From positions 41,540,001 through 41,604,000 of the forward strand of contig OX597834.1 of assembly GCA_951406725.2 (NCBI GenBank): a stretch of DNA of 64,000 bases, given 5' to 3'. The notes beneath the pieces were generated by a model that was not told the DNA's origin, ran no database searches, and saw nothing but the letters and a program-made list of their open reading frames with translations. Source of the DNA: Octopus vulgaris. Taxonomy: Eukaryota. The translations under genes and the position numbers were made by a program. Below are positions 26,974 through 39,314 of the stretch, one piece after another; the first letter of the stretch is position 1; each line of letters opens with the position of its first letter.

Positions 26974-27087
26974 ACGTGGATCAAAAGAGTTTGATTCAAA
27001 TTCGTTGGAGCATTTGAGTTGACGACTAGCATCGCGCTTGAAACTCAAGGGTACAAACGAATTTGAATCAAACTGTTTGATCCATGT
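26974..27087. repeat. ~114-bp imperfect palindrome (MITE-like hairpin)
   Basis: agtttgattcaaattcgtt / aacgaatttgaatcaaact perfect 19-bp arms plus flanking pairing. Confidence 0.85.
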
Positions 27088-27093
27088 ACATAC

Positions 27094-27155
<62 letters not shown>

Positions 27156-27186
27156 ACACACAAACATGTATACATATATATGTATT

Positions 27187-27244
<58 letters not shown>

Positions 27245-27245
27245 G

Positions 27246-27302
<57 letters not shown>

Positions 27303-27368
27303 TTTATTCTTTTACTTGTTTCTGTCATTTGACTGTGGCCATGCAGGAGCACTACCTTCAGTGTATAG

Positions 27369-27405
<37 letters not shown>

Positions 27406-27666
27406 ATACACATACACACAAACATCAATACTTCTTTCTTTCTCTCTTTATGATATCAAATCAATCTTTTTCAGATTGATAAATTACTACATTAGCTGAG
27501 TAACTAAGTATTTTTCTTAAAAAACGGCTGACCATCCATTCTCGAGGCCTTCTTCCACCACACCTCAGAATGTTTAGCCTTTTAGGGTCCGGCACGCTCA
27601 CCGCAACTACTACTAACAAACAAACAGAACAGGGTTTTTATTTCGGAGTATGGTAATGGAACTGCG

Positions 27667-28036
27667 TGGAGGCGCAATGGCCCAGTGGTTAGGGCAGCGG
27701 ACTCGCGGTCCTAGGATCGCGGTTTCGATTCCCAGACCGGGCGTTGTGAGTGTTTATTGAGCGAAAACACCTAAAGCTCCACGAGGCTCTGGCAGGGGGT
27801 GGTGGCGATCCCTGCTGTACCCTTTCACCACAACTTTCTCTCACTCTTACTTCCTGTTTCTGTTGTACCTGTATTTCAAAGGGCCGGCCTTGTCACTCTC
27901 TGTGTCACGCTGAATATCCCCGAGAACTATGTTAAGGGTACACGTGTCTGTGGAGTGCTCAGCCACTTACACGTTAATCTCACGAGCAGGCTGTTCCGTT
28001 GATTCGGATCAACCGGAACCGGAGTGCTTCCATCCA
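27667..28036 (+). mobile_element. SINE family C
   Basis: TSD AATGGAACTGC. Confidence 0.9.
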
Positions 28037-28223
28037 ATGGAACTGCATCACAGAGCAGATAGCAATTCCGCAGCAAAAGTTTTCACACCTCACTATCTAG
28101 GTGAAAAGTTAATATAATAGTTTTCGTGCCAAATTGGCGTCTTCCATGATTTTATTAGGTTGTTTTCATAAATTTTTAAAAAACTACAATAGCAATTTCT
28201 CCGAATATATTTCATTACCACAG

Positions 28224-28312
28224 GAAGAACCTTGATGAAATAGTGATTCCAGTACACGAACACCAAACACAGAGTGAAAACGTACAGACTAATGCACTGG
28301 GAAATGAGTTAA
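28224..28312 (+). CDS. IF-2 exon 7 (linker)
   Basis: ccacag|G...A|gtaggt; phase 2 to 1, as in IF-1 exon 7; KNLDEIVIPVHEHQTQSENVQTNALGNEL. Confidence 0.78.
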
Positions 28313-28354
28313 GTAGGTGTTCTTGGCTTTCTTATTCAGTTTTCACGTATATAT

Positions 28355-29120
28355 ATTTCTTTATTACCCACAAGGGGCTAAACATAGAGGGGACAAACAA
28401 GGACAGACAAACGGATTAAGCCGATTACATAGACCCCAGTGCGAAACTGGTACTTTATTTATCGACCCCGGAAGGATGAAAGGCAAAGTCGACCTCGGCG
28501 GAATTTGAACTCAGAACGTAACGACAGACGAAATATCACAAAGCATTTCGCCCGGCGTGCTAACGTTTCTGCCAGCTCGCCGCCTTTTCACGTATATACG
28601 TTTTCACGTATATATGTACACACATGCACGTACACACACACGCACACACACACACACACAAACACAGACTCACACACACGCTAAACATAGAGGGGACAAA
28701 CAAGGACAGACACACGGATTAAGTCGATTAGATCGACCCCAGTGCTTAACTGGTACTTATTTAATCGACCCCGAAAGGATGAAAGGAAAAGTCGACCTCG
28801 GCGGAATTTGAACTCAGAACGTAACGGCAGACAAAATATCGCTAAGCATTTCGTCCAGCGTGCTAACGTTCCTGCCGGCTCGCCGCCTTAAAATTTAAAA
28901 AAAATTCATTTCTACTCTAGGCACTAGGCTCGATGTTTTTGGGGAGGGGGCCAGTCGATTAAATGGACCCCAGTATGCAATTAGTACTTAATTTATCGAC
29001 CCCGAAAGGATGAAAGTTAAAGTCAACCTTGGCGGAATTTGAACTCAGACAGTAATGACAGACGAAACACCGCTCAGCATTTTGCCCGGCGTGCTAACGG
29101 TTCAGCCAGCTCGCCGCCTT
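28355..29120 (-). mobile_element. Three consecutive SINE family B copies
   Basis: Copies at ~28355-28587, 28680-28890 and 28905-29120. Confidence 0.85.
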
Positions 29121-29256
29121 AGAATTAAAAAAATATTGACGCAGAAAAAAAAGAAATATATTGCACAATTTTATAAAATTAGTGCATGTGAAAAAAAAGA
29201 ATATGAACTATCGTTACAAAATTAGTAATTTTAAACACTTTATGTTATATTTTGAA

Positions 29257-29763
29257 CTAGCAGTATCGCCCGGCGTTGCTCGGGTTTGTAAGGGAAATAA
29301 CTATATAAGCATTTTTAGAGAGTTACTTCCTTTATAAATTCGGGCTTTCTTAGCCATTTTTGTTTTGGTGTCTTCAAGCCATGAAGTCGTCGTTCTAAAA
29401 GAACGCTGGTTTCCTTCACAACGCATTACGACGTTGATTTCTTTACACTCCCTTCCCCACAGCTTCACGAGGGAGGGAAGGGGGGAGAAGCAAACAGGTG
29501 CAGCTGTGAGAGTGGACGCCAACTCCGCCGCCATCGACACACGATGCATTTTATGCATTAAAATGGAATAAAAAATGATGTTAAATTATTTTTAAAATCG
29601 TAGACTCATCGTTGACGCGCGCTAATAGTCAGACGGGCTCGATATGAATCACGACTATAAGATACCCGAATTTGGTTAAACTGCACCGCAAAATGTGGGA
29701 GGAGTTAGGAATCTAAATCGAAGGGGACAGACACTCACACAACTAGAGTTTTATATATATAGA
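29257..29763 (-). mobile_element. Non-autonomous Helitron
   Basis: Minus strand A|TC...hairpin cccgagcaacgccggg...CTAG|T. Confidence 0.8.
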
Positions 29764-30375
29764 TTAGCTATTACCCTTTCAACTGTATGATGTGCCTCTA
29801 ATCCTAATCCCTTTCCCATCCGTATGATTACCACAACACAACTTTCTCGCATTTTTTACATGAGAAATTTGATTATTTTTACGTGTATAAAATTGACATG
29901 ATTTCCCTTTTCTGTGTTGCTGAGGATTAACATCTTGAGGTGAACTAGCAGCGGATTCAAATTTTGGGAATGTATTCGGTGTTGTTTTTATATATATATA
30001 TATATATATATTCAATTAGAGATAAAACCACTCTTTATCTTTTATTAAACTTTTAATACTTTTGATATATAACAAAAAAATAAATAAATTAATAAATAAA
30101 ATAATATATAAATATAAAAATATACATAATACATATATATATATATATATATTTGTATATATATATAAAATTTATAAGTTTAAATTATTTAAATAATTTT
30201 TTATTTCTAACTTTTATATTTTTAAATTAATTTTATGTATTGGCTTATGTTTTTCACTGTTTGATTTGCCTAATAGTGGTTTTATCTCTAATTTAATATA
30301 ATATAATATATTTATACTATAAAATTGGATTTAATCCTAAATCTAATTTTTCCCTGTAAGTTTGAATTTATTCCC

Positions 30376-30421
<46 letters not shown>

Positions 30422-30586
30422 TATATCTGCACAGAGTTTATGTTGCTTTTGTTGTATTTTGGTGCTTACGTATTGATACATGTTAATTTTACTTTGTACT
30501 CTTTCGAGCTGTCGAGCCCTATCATGACATTAATTTATCATTCGTATATGAATAAGATATAGCATTAAGGTACCCTTGATTGGCAG

Positions 30587-30696
30587 ATTTCTTAATGGGA
30601 AGAATCAAAGTGGAACGCACTACAAAAGGGACTGTGTCTATCATTGAATTAGACCCCGATGGAAAATACATTGAACTTAAAGATAAGTCTCTAGAG
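30587..30696 (+). CDS. IF-2 exon 8 (lamin tail domain)
   Basis: ggcag|AT...GAG|gtaaga; FLMGRIKVERTTKGTVSIIELDPDGKYIELKDKSLE, homologous to IF-1 exon 8. Confidence 0.92.
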
Positions 30697-30972
30697 GTAA
30701 GAAATATAAGGACAGATTATCTTTCCTTTTTTTATTATTATTATTATTTTCTATATCATCACAGCATTCGTAAATCAGATAACGTAAGTACAATACATAT
30801 AGACTCTTAACTACAAATAAGTAGACACATAGAGGTGCAGAGGGCAACGGGGTAGGTTTTAGGAAGTTACTTCACATGCTAGAAATATCAGTCAAATGCA
30901 CGCACGTCCAATTCAATTATAAACTACCCTCTTAAATAAATTAGAACAGAATGCAATATATCAGAAAGATTA

Positions 30973-31064
<92 letters not shown>

Positions 31065-31190
31065 GTAAGTAGTGTATATAGACATGCAATAAATATGCCC
31101 ACTATACAAAATATAATGATATATTCATAATCCATATAAAAAGTTATTCTCATGCAATCTTGTATTTTTGACAAATTTTTCAAATCATAG

Positions 31191-31301
31191 AATGCAACAA
31201 ACGTGAAGGATTGGACATTAACCCAAGCAACAGAAAATGGTGAGAGCTATACACATACATTTACAGACAGTAACGTGTTCAGTTCTAGTAAATTCATCAA
31301 G
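31191..31301 (+). CDS. IF-2 exon 9
   Basis: catag|AAT...AAG|gtaagt; 111 nt; NATNVKDWTLTQATENGESYTHTFTDSNVFSSSKFIK. Confidence 0.92.
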
Positions 31302-31368
31302 GTAAGTTTTTTTTTTTTTTACTTCTTTTCTTGAAATGTTCGTTATTCTTAAAATGTATCTCTCCTTA

Positions 31369-31751
31369 TGGAAGCACTCCGTCGGTTACGACGACGAGGG
31401 TTCCGGTTGATCCGATCAACGGAACAGCCTGCTCGTGAAATTAACGTGTAAGTGGCTGAGCACTCCACAGACACGTGTACCCTTAACGTAGTTCTCGGGG
31501 ATATTCAGCGTGACACAGAGAGTGACAAGGCCGGCCCTTTGAAATACAGGTACAACAGAAACAGGAAGTAAGAGTGAGAGAAAGTTGTGGTGAAAGAGTA
31601 CAGCAGGGATCACCACTATCCCCTGCCGGAGCCTCGTGGAGCTTTAGGTGTTTTCGCTCAATAAACACTCACAACGCCCGGTCTGGGAATCGAAACCGCG
31701 ATCCTACGACCGCGAGTCCGCTGCCCTAACTACTGGGCCATTGCGCCTCCA
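31369..31751 (-). mobile_element. SINE family C, full length
   Basis: TSD ATCTCTCCTTAT. Confidence 0.9.
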
Positions 31752-32261
31752 CATCTCTCCTTATAAGCACCAATTGAAAACGAGGACAGAAACAGGCCGC
31801 TCAGTGACGAAATCAAAACTCTTATCTATCGATAAGATGCGCTATCGAATACACTAAGCAGCAACATTAAAAAGGTTAATTTGTTTCTGATATTTTAGCT
31901 GTAATATCTCATCTCTATATTGATGATTCTTCAGTCACTTTCAGGTCAATGAGCCTGTCTTCAGTTTGTACAAATATCATTACCTCCTCCTTACCGTATT
32001 TATACATATACGACGGTCTTCTTTCAGTCTCCATGTACCAAATCCAGTCACATGGCTGTAATCGGCCCGAGGCTATAATACAAGACACTCGCCCAAGGTG
32101 CCATGCAGTGGGACTGAACCCGGAACCATGTGGTGGGAAGCAAGATTCTCAACACACAGCCACACCTAAAAACTCTCCACTGTGAGTACATTGTATCTTC
32201 TGGCAGAAACAGATCTGAAGTAATAAATTCAGGACATGATTTCTTATTCCCTTATCATTTA

Positions 32262-32654
32262 CTAGCAGTATCGCCCGGCGTTGCTCGGGTTTGTTTCGAC
32301 CCTTTAGAATTAGAATTTTTGAAAAGTAAAAAATTTGCATTATGTAGCTTGTTATTCTCTTTAAGTGAACATTTTTCTGGTTGAAATACACCGAAAAATG
32401 GCGACACAGCAGTCAAAAAATCGTAAAAAATAGAGATTTTCATAGAAAAAAAGCACCTTTTTGATGTAAATAATTTTTGGTGTTAACATGGTCCGAGTTG
32501 AATTTTTTCTTCTACGAAAGGAAGAGCAAGCCTTCTTCTATCATACTCTCAATTTTGGTCAACTTGCGCTGCAGGGTCTCGGAGGAGATAGTGTTAGTTG
32601 AAGGCTACCAAACCTGCCATACAACACACAACTTCAGCTTCATATAGAGAGAGA
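32262..32654 (-). mobile_element. Non-autonomous Helitron
   Basis: Same 3' hairpin and CTAG|T as 29257-29763, A|TC 5' end, different interior. Confidence 0.8.
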
Positions 32655-32832
32655 TTTAATTCCTTATTACTGCTCTGCACGCTACTGACACTTCTGAAGC
32701 ATAAATACATTGATTTCTAACACAAAGTTATTAATGTCGCTTTGCCTAAGCGAAATAACAAAATGTATCTTGTAATAATGAAATCAGGGTAAATACTGTT
32801 TTGAAGACATGTAATACACGTATTTTTCAGAT

Positions 32833-33255
<423 letters not shown>

Positions 33256-33410
33256 ATATAAAAGTAAATGCATTCCTTTACACAAGATCTCCTTCAGTTA
33301 ATAGATGTCAAAATATATTCTAATGATCTAACGAGGTTTTGGAGTAGTTCGTTGTATTTGACTAGAGTGAAAAATTCTGTTACAGTGGGTCACTTCTAAG
33401 GAACGCATGA

Positions 33411-33503
<93 letters not shown>

Positions 33504-33787
33504 CCATCTAAAGTTAGAACCAAGTACGGCAATAGCTTAGAGTTCAAAGACCAGCAATTTTTGAATTCCCTGCCAAAAGACATTAAGAAACCTGTACAAT
33601 GTGGACGTGGATGCCTTCAAAAAGAAGCGTAAAGCACTATGTGTTTGAGGTCCTTGTTGTGACTTGACAGGCACTACAAACCCCCGGAACACACAATGTC
33701 TTCAATCTACAACATCACAATATTGGACACTGTGCGAAGTATTCTATAATAATAATAATAGTAATAATAATTTCTTTCGATTTCTAG

Positions 33788-33901
33788 ATTTGGGGACACA
33801 AACACGGTTCTGTAGAAAGTGGCATTGTGTCCTCCACAGTCTCGGAATGGTCTGCATTGAGTAATCCTTCGACAATTACTTTGAAAGACAACAATAATAA
33901 G
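33788..33901 (+). CDS. IF-2 exon 10
   Basis: tttctag|ATT...AAG|gtaaga; 114 nt; IWGHKHGSVESGIVSSTVSEWSALSNPSTITLKDNNNK. Confidence 0.92.
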
Positions 33902-34515
33902 GTAAGATTCCTTTATTCCGTGCTTTAGAATATCGCTCCCTCCTCATTTCATAAATATGTATTTCCCATATATATATATGTATGTATGCATGTACGCATA
34001 CATATACACGTACATACACTCACGCACACACATATACATATATGCAGTTTAACAAATGCGTGAGTTATACGTGAGCTACTTCGAGTTTCATGCTAAGATT
34101 GTGCTGTGATAAGATGGCAATCGTTCATGATCAAATAATATGGCGACTTTGCAAGTAAAATTCGAAAACAAGAAATTGTATGAGAAAATATTGGTGAAGA
34201 AAATTTCTGAAAGAAAGGGGGCATAATCCATATCTTTCAAGGTATATTATGTCTCTTTAAGCCGAAGGTGTTATCAGCTAAACAGGATATGCGTACTGGG
34301 ATGAAATGAATGGATCGTGCCTGGTTCTTTATGCAAGACTGTTTGATTACTGCACGACGAGAGCATGGAATCAGAAGTAGTTTATGAGCAGATATATACG
34401 GTGTTATATATCGGAGAAACAAAATGAACAAGCAAGGCTTTTCCGTGAATTTTTTTCCACTTTAATAATTAATTGCTTACAAATCATATCACCCACACAA
34501 ACACACACACACACG

Positions 34516-34592
<77 letters not shown>

Positions 34593-34605
34593 CTATGTGT
34601 ATGTA

Positions 34606-34689
<84 letters not shown>

Positions 34690-34751
34690 TGTGTGTATGT
34701 ATATTTGAAAGAACTTTTTCTTCATCCATTCCCTTCCGGTCATTCAAAATG

Positions 34752-34954
34752 TAACCGCGTATGTACTGTTGGCGATTTTTTCCGTCCGTCTTGCCTTCTT
34801 TGGATCTTTCCTTTTCCTATGTTTCTGACGAAGGGCTCCGCTCGAAACATTAAAGCCTCCTTCTTTCCTTTTTCCCTGAGCGTCCAATAACACTATACTT
34901 GTTCCACTTCCTCACGTTTTTGTGTTTTCTCTTTGTGTTTTCATGTTTGGATTA

Positions 34955-34958
<4 letters not shown>
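34752..34958 (+). mobile_element. Family P2 repeat with hammerhead-like motif at 34821-34855
   Basis: gttt-CTGACGA-a-GGGC tcc GCTC-GAAACATT-aaag. Confidence 0.72.
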
Positions 34959-35008
<50 letters not shown>

Positions 35009-35102
35009 TTAATCCAAACATGAAAACACAAAGAGAAAACACAACAACGCGAAAGTTCGCAAGCATGATGGGGGAGAATGTTAGTAGTTATTTAGCTGGT
35101 GG

Positions 35103-35163
35103 ACTTTGGCTGATGAGAAATCACGCGTCTAGGTGGCGCTAAATTTCGAAACCGGTACCGAGT
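35103..35163 (+). ncRNA. Minimal type I hammerhead ribozyme motif with intact core
   Basis: Stem I UUUGG/CCGAG; CUGAUGA 35110-35116; stem II GAAAU/AUUUC; GAAA 35148-35151; palindromic CCGG; UA cleavage site after 35157. Confidence 0.75.
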
Positions 35164-35432
35164 TGGCCAGAATTTACTTGTTCTGACTCATTTGAGGTAA
35201 GACATTATTATTATTGTTCACTGATATTTTTTCCTATCTTGTCTGTAATAGATTTGTGACTATTTGGTGGTACAGAAGTATTTTTTGACTTCTATAATTA
35301 GCGATATAGGTACTCATGTAGTACCCTTCTGTATATATGTACATATCTAATATTGTATGTATGTATTTTATTAATTTGCCTGTACGGCTAATAATTCGCT
35401 TACCACTTGTGATGGTAATTTAATAATACCAT

Positions 35433-35499
<67 letters not shown>

Positions 35500-35746
35500 A
35501 GTGTATATATTTGTGTGTTTGTGTGTGTGTATGTGTGTGTATGTAAATATATATATATATGTATGTATACGTTCGCGTGTTGTCACTCACACGTACAAGT
35601 ACGATAGTTCGCCCGTCATATTTATATCCTAGACACAGCACATAAAAGTGGACAGTCAAACGATTGATGCCCCCATCCATTTGACATTCCAAAAGGTCAT
35701 GTAACTTCCGATATTCATTGATTTGTTATCTGTTTTCAATTTTCAG

Positions 35747-35785
35747 ATATGTGCTGCCTTTGTATCAAAATTGGTATTTGACTGA
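35747..35785 (+). CDS. IF-2 exon 11 (preferred terminal coding exon)
   Basis: ttttcag|ATA; ICAAFVSKLVFD*, similar in length and character to IF-1 ESAKLVIKTNM*. A competing acceptor ends at 35979. Confidence 0.65.
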   Translation: MCAAFVSKLVFD

Positions 35786-36936
35786 ATGGAGTAATTCAAT
35801 ATAAGAAAGACAACTGCTGAGCGCCTGTGCCTTTTTCTTAGCTGAGAGGACAAAGTTTTTCGAACAGTTCGGCCGAGTTTCATAGTCCTATTGCCTTTCA
35901 TTATAGTTATACTTGCGTAAAATAACTCTACTGCTAACTTTAATTTTGCTGTTTGTGTCTTCCTTTTTTTTCTTTACAGGATTCTCTCCAAAGAGAGAAT
36001 GATAAATGAATGATAAAGCACAGCACTACTTTTAGTTTTCTTTACGTGATATCTCGTGACGATTAGGAAATATTAACCAACGTTATTTACCATTATATTT
36101 TCTGCGGTAGACTGATATTATCGCTCAGTTTAGTACCATCACCTGGTCTTTGGATGTTTTCAGAGAAGTCAAGTCCACTATTTTGTAAGCAAAAAAGCTA
36201 GGTTTTTTTCACCTAAGGATAATCTCTTTCCCCTCACGAACCTTGGAGGCTCTGGAAACAATGGTGGACGTTAGAAAATCTCCACCGATTAAAATATTTA
36301 AAATATTTCCTTCGCAGTGAATTTCAATAGCTTTTGTTTTATATTTGTGGCAGTAAAACATATGCATGCCACTTTGTATTATTACATACACAAATAAAAG
36401 GATTATAAGTGGCAGTATCGGAAAGAACGAATTAATTTTATTGGAATTAATGGTGAATGAATTTCTTTTAATATCTTGAAGGAGTATCACAAATTTTCTT
36501 TTGTAGGATTTTCTTTCCATAATTACAAACAATAAAAAGTTTTTTAAATAACTACTTTTTGTGTAATTTCTCAATTAAACCAGTCAACTAAACTCAAACA
36601 GGCAAATGGTCGAGTACATAACGCAACATGAATTTGTAGATTATGAATAAAATAGGGATTTTTCTTATAAGAAAAGATCTTATCGAAGACCTTATTATTT
36701 TCTCTATTTTCCTGTTGCTTACAGTAGCCAGTGTTACCTGGTTAGTATTAATTTTGATAACAGGTACGTATAGCGCGCCATTTGAGGTAATAGTATTGAA
36801 GTTGTGGATAAATTGGAAAATTTGAATTGGGATGCCCAACTGACCCTACTATGCTGTGTAGTTGACAAAATCAAAAACAAACAATGCGCATGCATGAAAT
36901 TAAAACCATAATAAATAAATATATATATATAACAGT

Positions 36937-36960
36937 TTTATTGCCATTTATATTTTTATT
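36937..36960 (-). terminator. Candidate polyadenylation signals of IF-3
   Basis: Minus-strand AATAAA at 36960-36955 and 36942-36937, followed by a GT/T-rich tract (tgtttgtttttgatttt). Confidence 0.5.
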
Positions 36961-37386
36961 CTTTACAATTCAACTCAAAGAGCTGATGTAAAATACAATA
37001 CTTCAAGTGTTCAGAATATTTAACATTGATGCAGCTTATGTGTAAAATATCCTGTGCGCTGAACATTGAACTGGCTATTGTTAGTTAAAAAAAACGCTTA
37101 AAAATGATATTAGAAGGAAGAAAAACGGAAGATTTAAAGAATTAGTGTAAAAATATAATCAAAGAAAAAGAAATTAAAAAAAAATGTTCGTGTAAAATTA
37201 CAATTAAAGAGAAAATGATGAAAGCAAATATTTAAAGAATGAGCATAAAATTATGATTAAAGAAAGAGAAAAATGAAAAAAAAAACAAGCAAAAGTTTAA
37301 GCAATGATTGTAAAATTATAATTAGAGAAGGAGAAATTATGAAACCTTACTTTTAAAGACTGTAAAATTATTATCAAAGAGAAATA

Positions 37387-38138
37387 TTTGGTTGTCCCAC
37401 GTGAGATGAACTCTTTCTAAAATTTGTTTTTGTGAGAGTGTATCTGATAAATTTTAAAGCATCAACTCTTTCTTTTAAATTTACCAGACATGTGCTGCAT
37501 TTTTCTACACAATTTGCTGACATCAGATCTAGAAAATTTTAACTGTATTGTGGACTATAAGACAAATTTAATGTTCTTAGCCTTTTTAGACGCTGTCCAG
37601 GAAAGAAGTCAGACTTTTACCGTTCTATGATTTTAGACTCGATGAAAATGTCTCTAAAGCGAACGAAACTGTCAATGTTCCATTTCGAATGGGAACTTGT
37701 ACAGCAGAACAGAAAGAATATGGTTCAATAAATTTCGATCTAGAAACTCCCTCCATGATTGGTCAATGAGGAAACATTGGAACATGGTGTTCGTGCACTT
37801 GGCAATAATTAGAACGATTTTATAGGACTTCATCTTGCAACGATCAGTAAGTTGAAAGAGCTGAACAAATTTATTCCACATGATTTAAATGCTGTAAAGA
37901 AGATGCTTTGTTTGGCGGTCTGTTCTTTTTTCTTCAACTTTTCATGAACACGAAAAAGTATGCAAGCAAAGTCAATCACAGCATTTGAGTAATTTATAGC
38001 TTCGAAAGACAATAATATTTTCCAAGGCAGTATATAGACTCTCAAGATGATGGAAAAAAAATTGTTGAAGGTTATTTTGATTAAGAAAAAAAAAATTTAT
38101 AACTTTTGCTTCTTCATTTCTCATGTAGGACAACCTAA
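37387..38138 (+). mobile_element. Internally deleted mariner relic
   Basis: Imperfect TIRs (TA|tttggttgtcccacgtgaga ... tctcatgtaggacaacctaa|TA); remnants KEVRLLPFYDFRL and RTERIWFNKFRSRNSLHD resemble the mariner N-terminal HTH region. Confidence 0.7.
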
Positions 38139-38322
38139 TATAAAAAGGATAAGTAAGAGTTTAGAGAAAAGAAATTAAAAATAACAAAAGTTGAGAGAAA
38201 ATAATTATCGCATCTCTCAACTGAAGATATTATATGGGAAACTCTTTACATAAAATAATAAATCTTCTGGAAGTTGAGACAGAGAAAACGGTCTTGATGG
38301 CCAGGATTGGAAACAATACTTT

Positions 38323-38353
38323 TTATGTGTTCGTCTTTGAGGAAGATTCCTTT
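38323..38353 (-). CDS. IF-3 candidate terminal exon start
   Basis: Very strong acceptor atttctttcatttttttttctttttcag|A. Gives KESSSKTNT* after the micro-exon, or an immediate TGA if joined directly to exon 6. Confidence 0.4.
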
Positions 38354-38419
38354 CTGAAAAAGAAAAAAAATGAAAGAAATATATTGATATTGATACATAA
38401 GTATCTATTATCATACACA

Positions 38420-39018
38420 TCGTTCCGGGTTCAGTCCCTCTGCGTAGCACCTTGGGCAAGCGTCTTCTACTATAGCCTCGAACCGACCAAAGCCTTGTGA
38501 GTGGATTTGGTAGACGGAAACTGAAAGAAGCCCGTCGTATATATGTATATGCATATATATGTGTGTGTTTGTGTATATGTATTTGTCCCCCCAACATCGC
38601 TTGACAACCGATGCTGGTGTGTTTACGTCCCCGTAACTTAGCAGTTCGGCAAAAGAGACCGATAGAATAAGTATTAGGCGGTGAGTTGGCAGAACCGTTA
38701 GTACTCCGGGCGAAATGCTTAGCGGTTTTTCGTCTGCTGATACGTTCTGAGTTCAAATTCCACCGAGGTCGACTTTGCCTCTCATCCTTTCGGGGTCGGT
38801 AAAATAAGTACCAGTTACGCAGTGGGGTCGATCTAATCGACTTAATCCCTTTGTTCTTGTTCGTCCCCTCTATGTTTAGCCCCTTATGGGAAATAAAGAA
38901 ATAAGAATAAGTACTAGGCTTACAAAGAATAAATCCTGGGGTCGATTTGCTCGACTAAGAGCAGTACTCCAGCATGGCCGCAGACGAACAACTGAAACAA
39001 ATAAAAGAGTAAAAGAGT
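38420..39018 (+). mobile_element. SINE A interrupted by SINE B (38676-38900)
   Basis: agaataagta(t/c)taggc duplicated around the insert. Confidence 0.85.
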
Positions 39019-39314
39019 ATTATTGTTATTATCAAGTTTTCAATAATTTCATGTCTCCAAGCCCACATTTGCAAGCATCGTTCGTTTTGTTTTATTATTT
39101 GTTCTGTTAAGTTTGTTGTGAAGAATATGGAAAACACGAGAAATGTGTTATTTTGCTGGTTGTTGATTGAGTATCGAACGTGGTGTGTGCCGGGTTATGA
39201 ATGTGTAGAGCCTGTTGTGATATAATTATGGATGGTAAGAAGGAAAGAGAGAGAGAGATCAAGAGACAGCGAGAGAAGTGAACCATGATATATTTTATGA
39301 TTAGGTATTTATAT

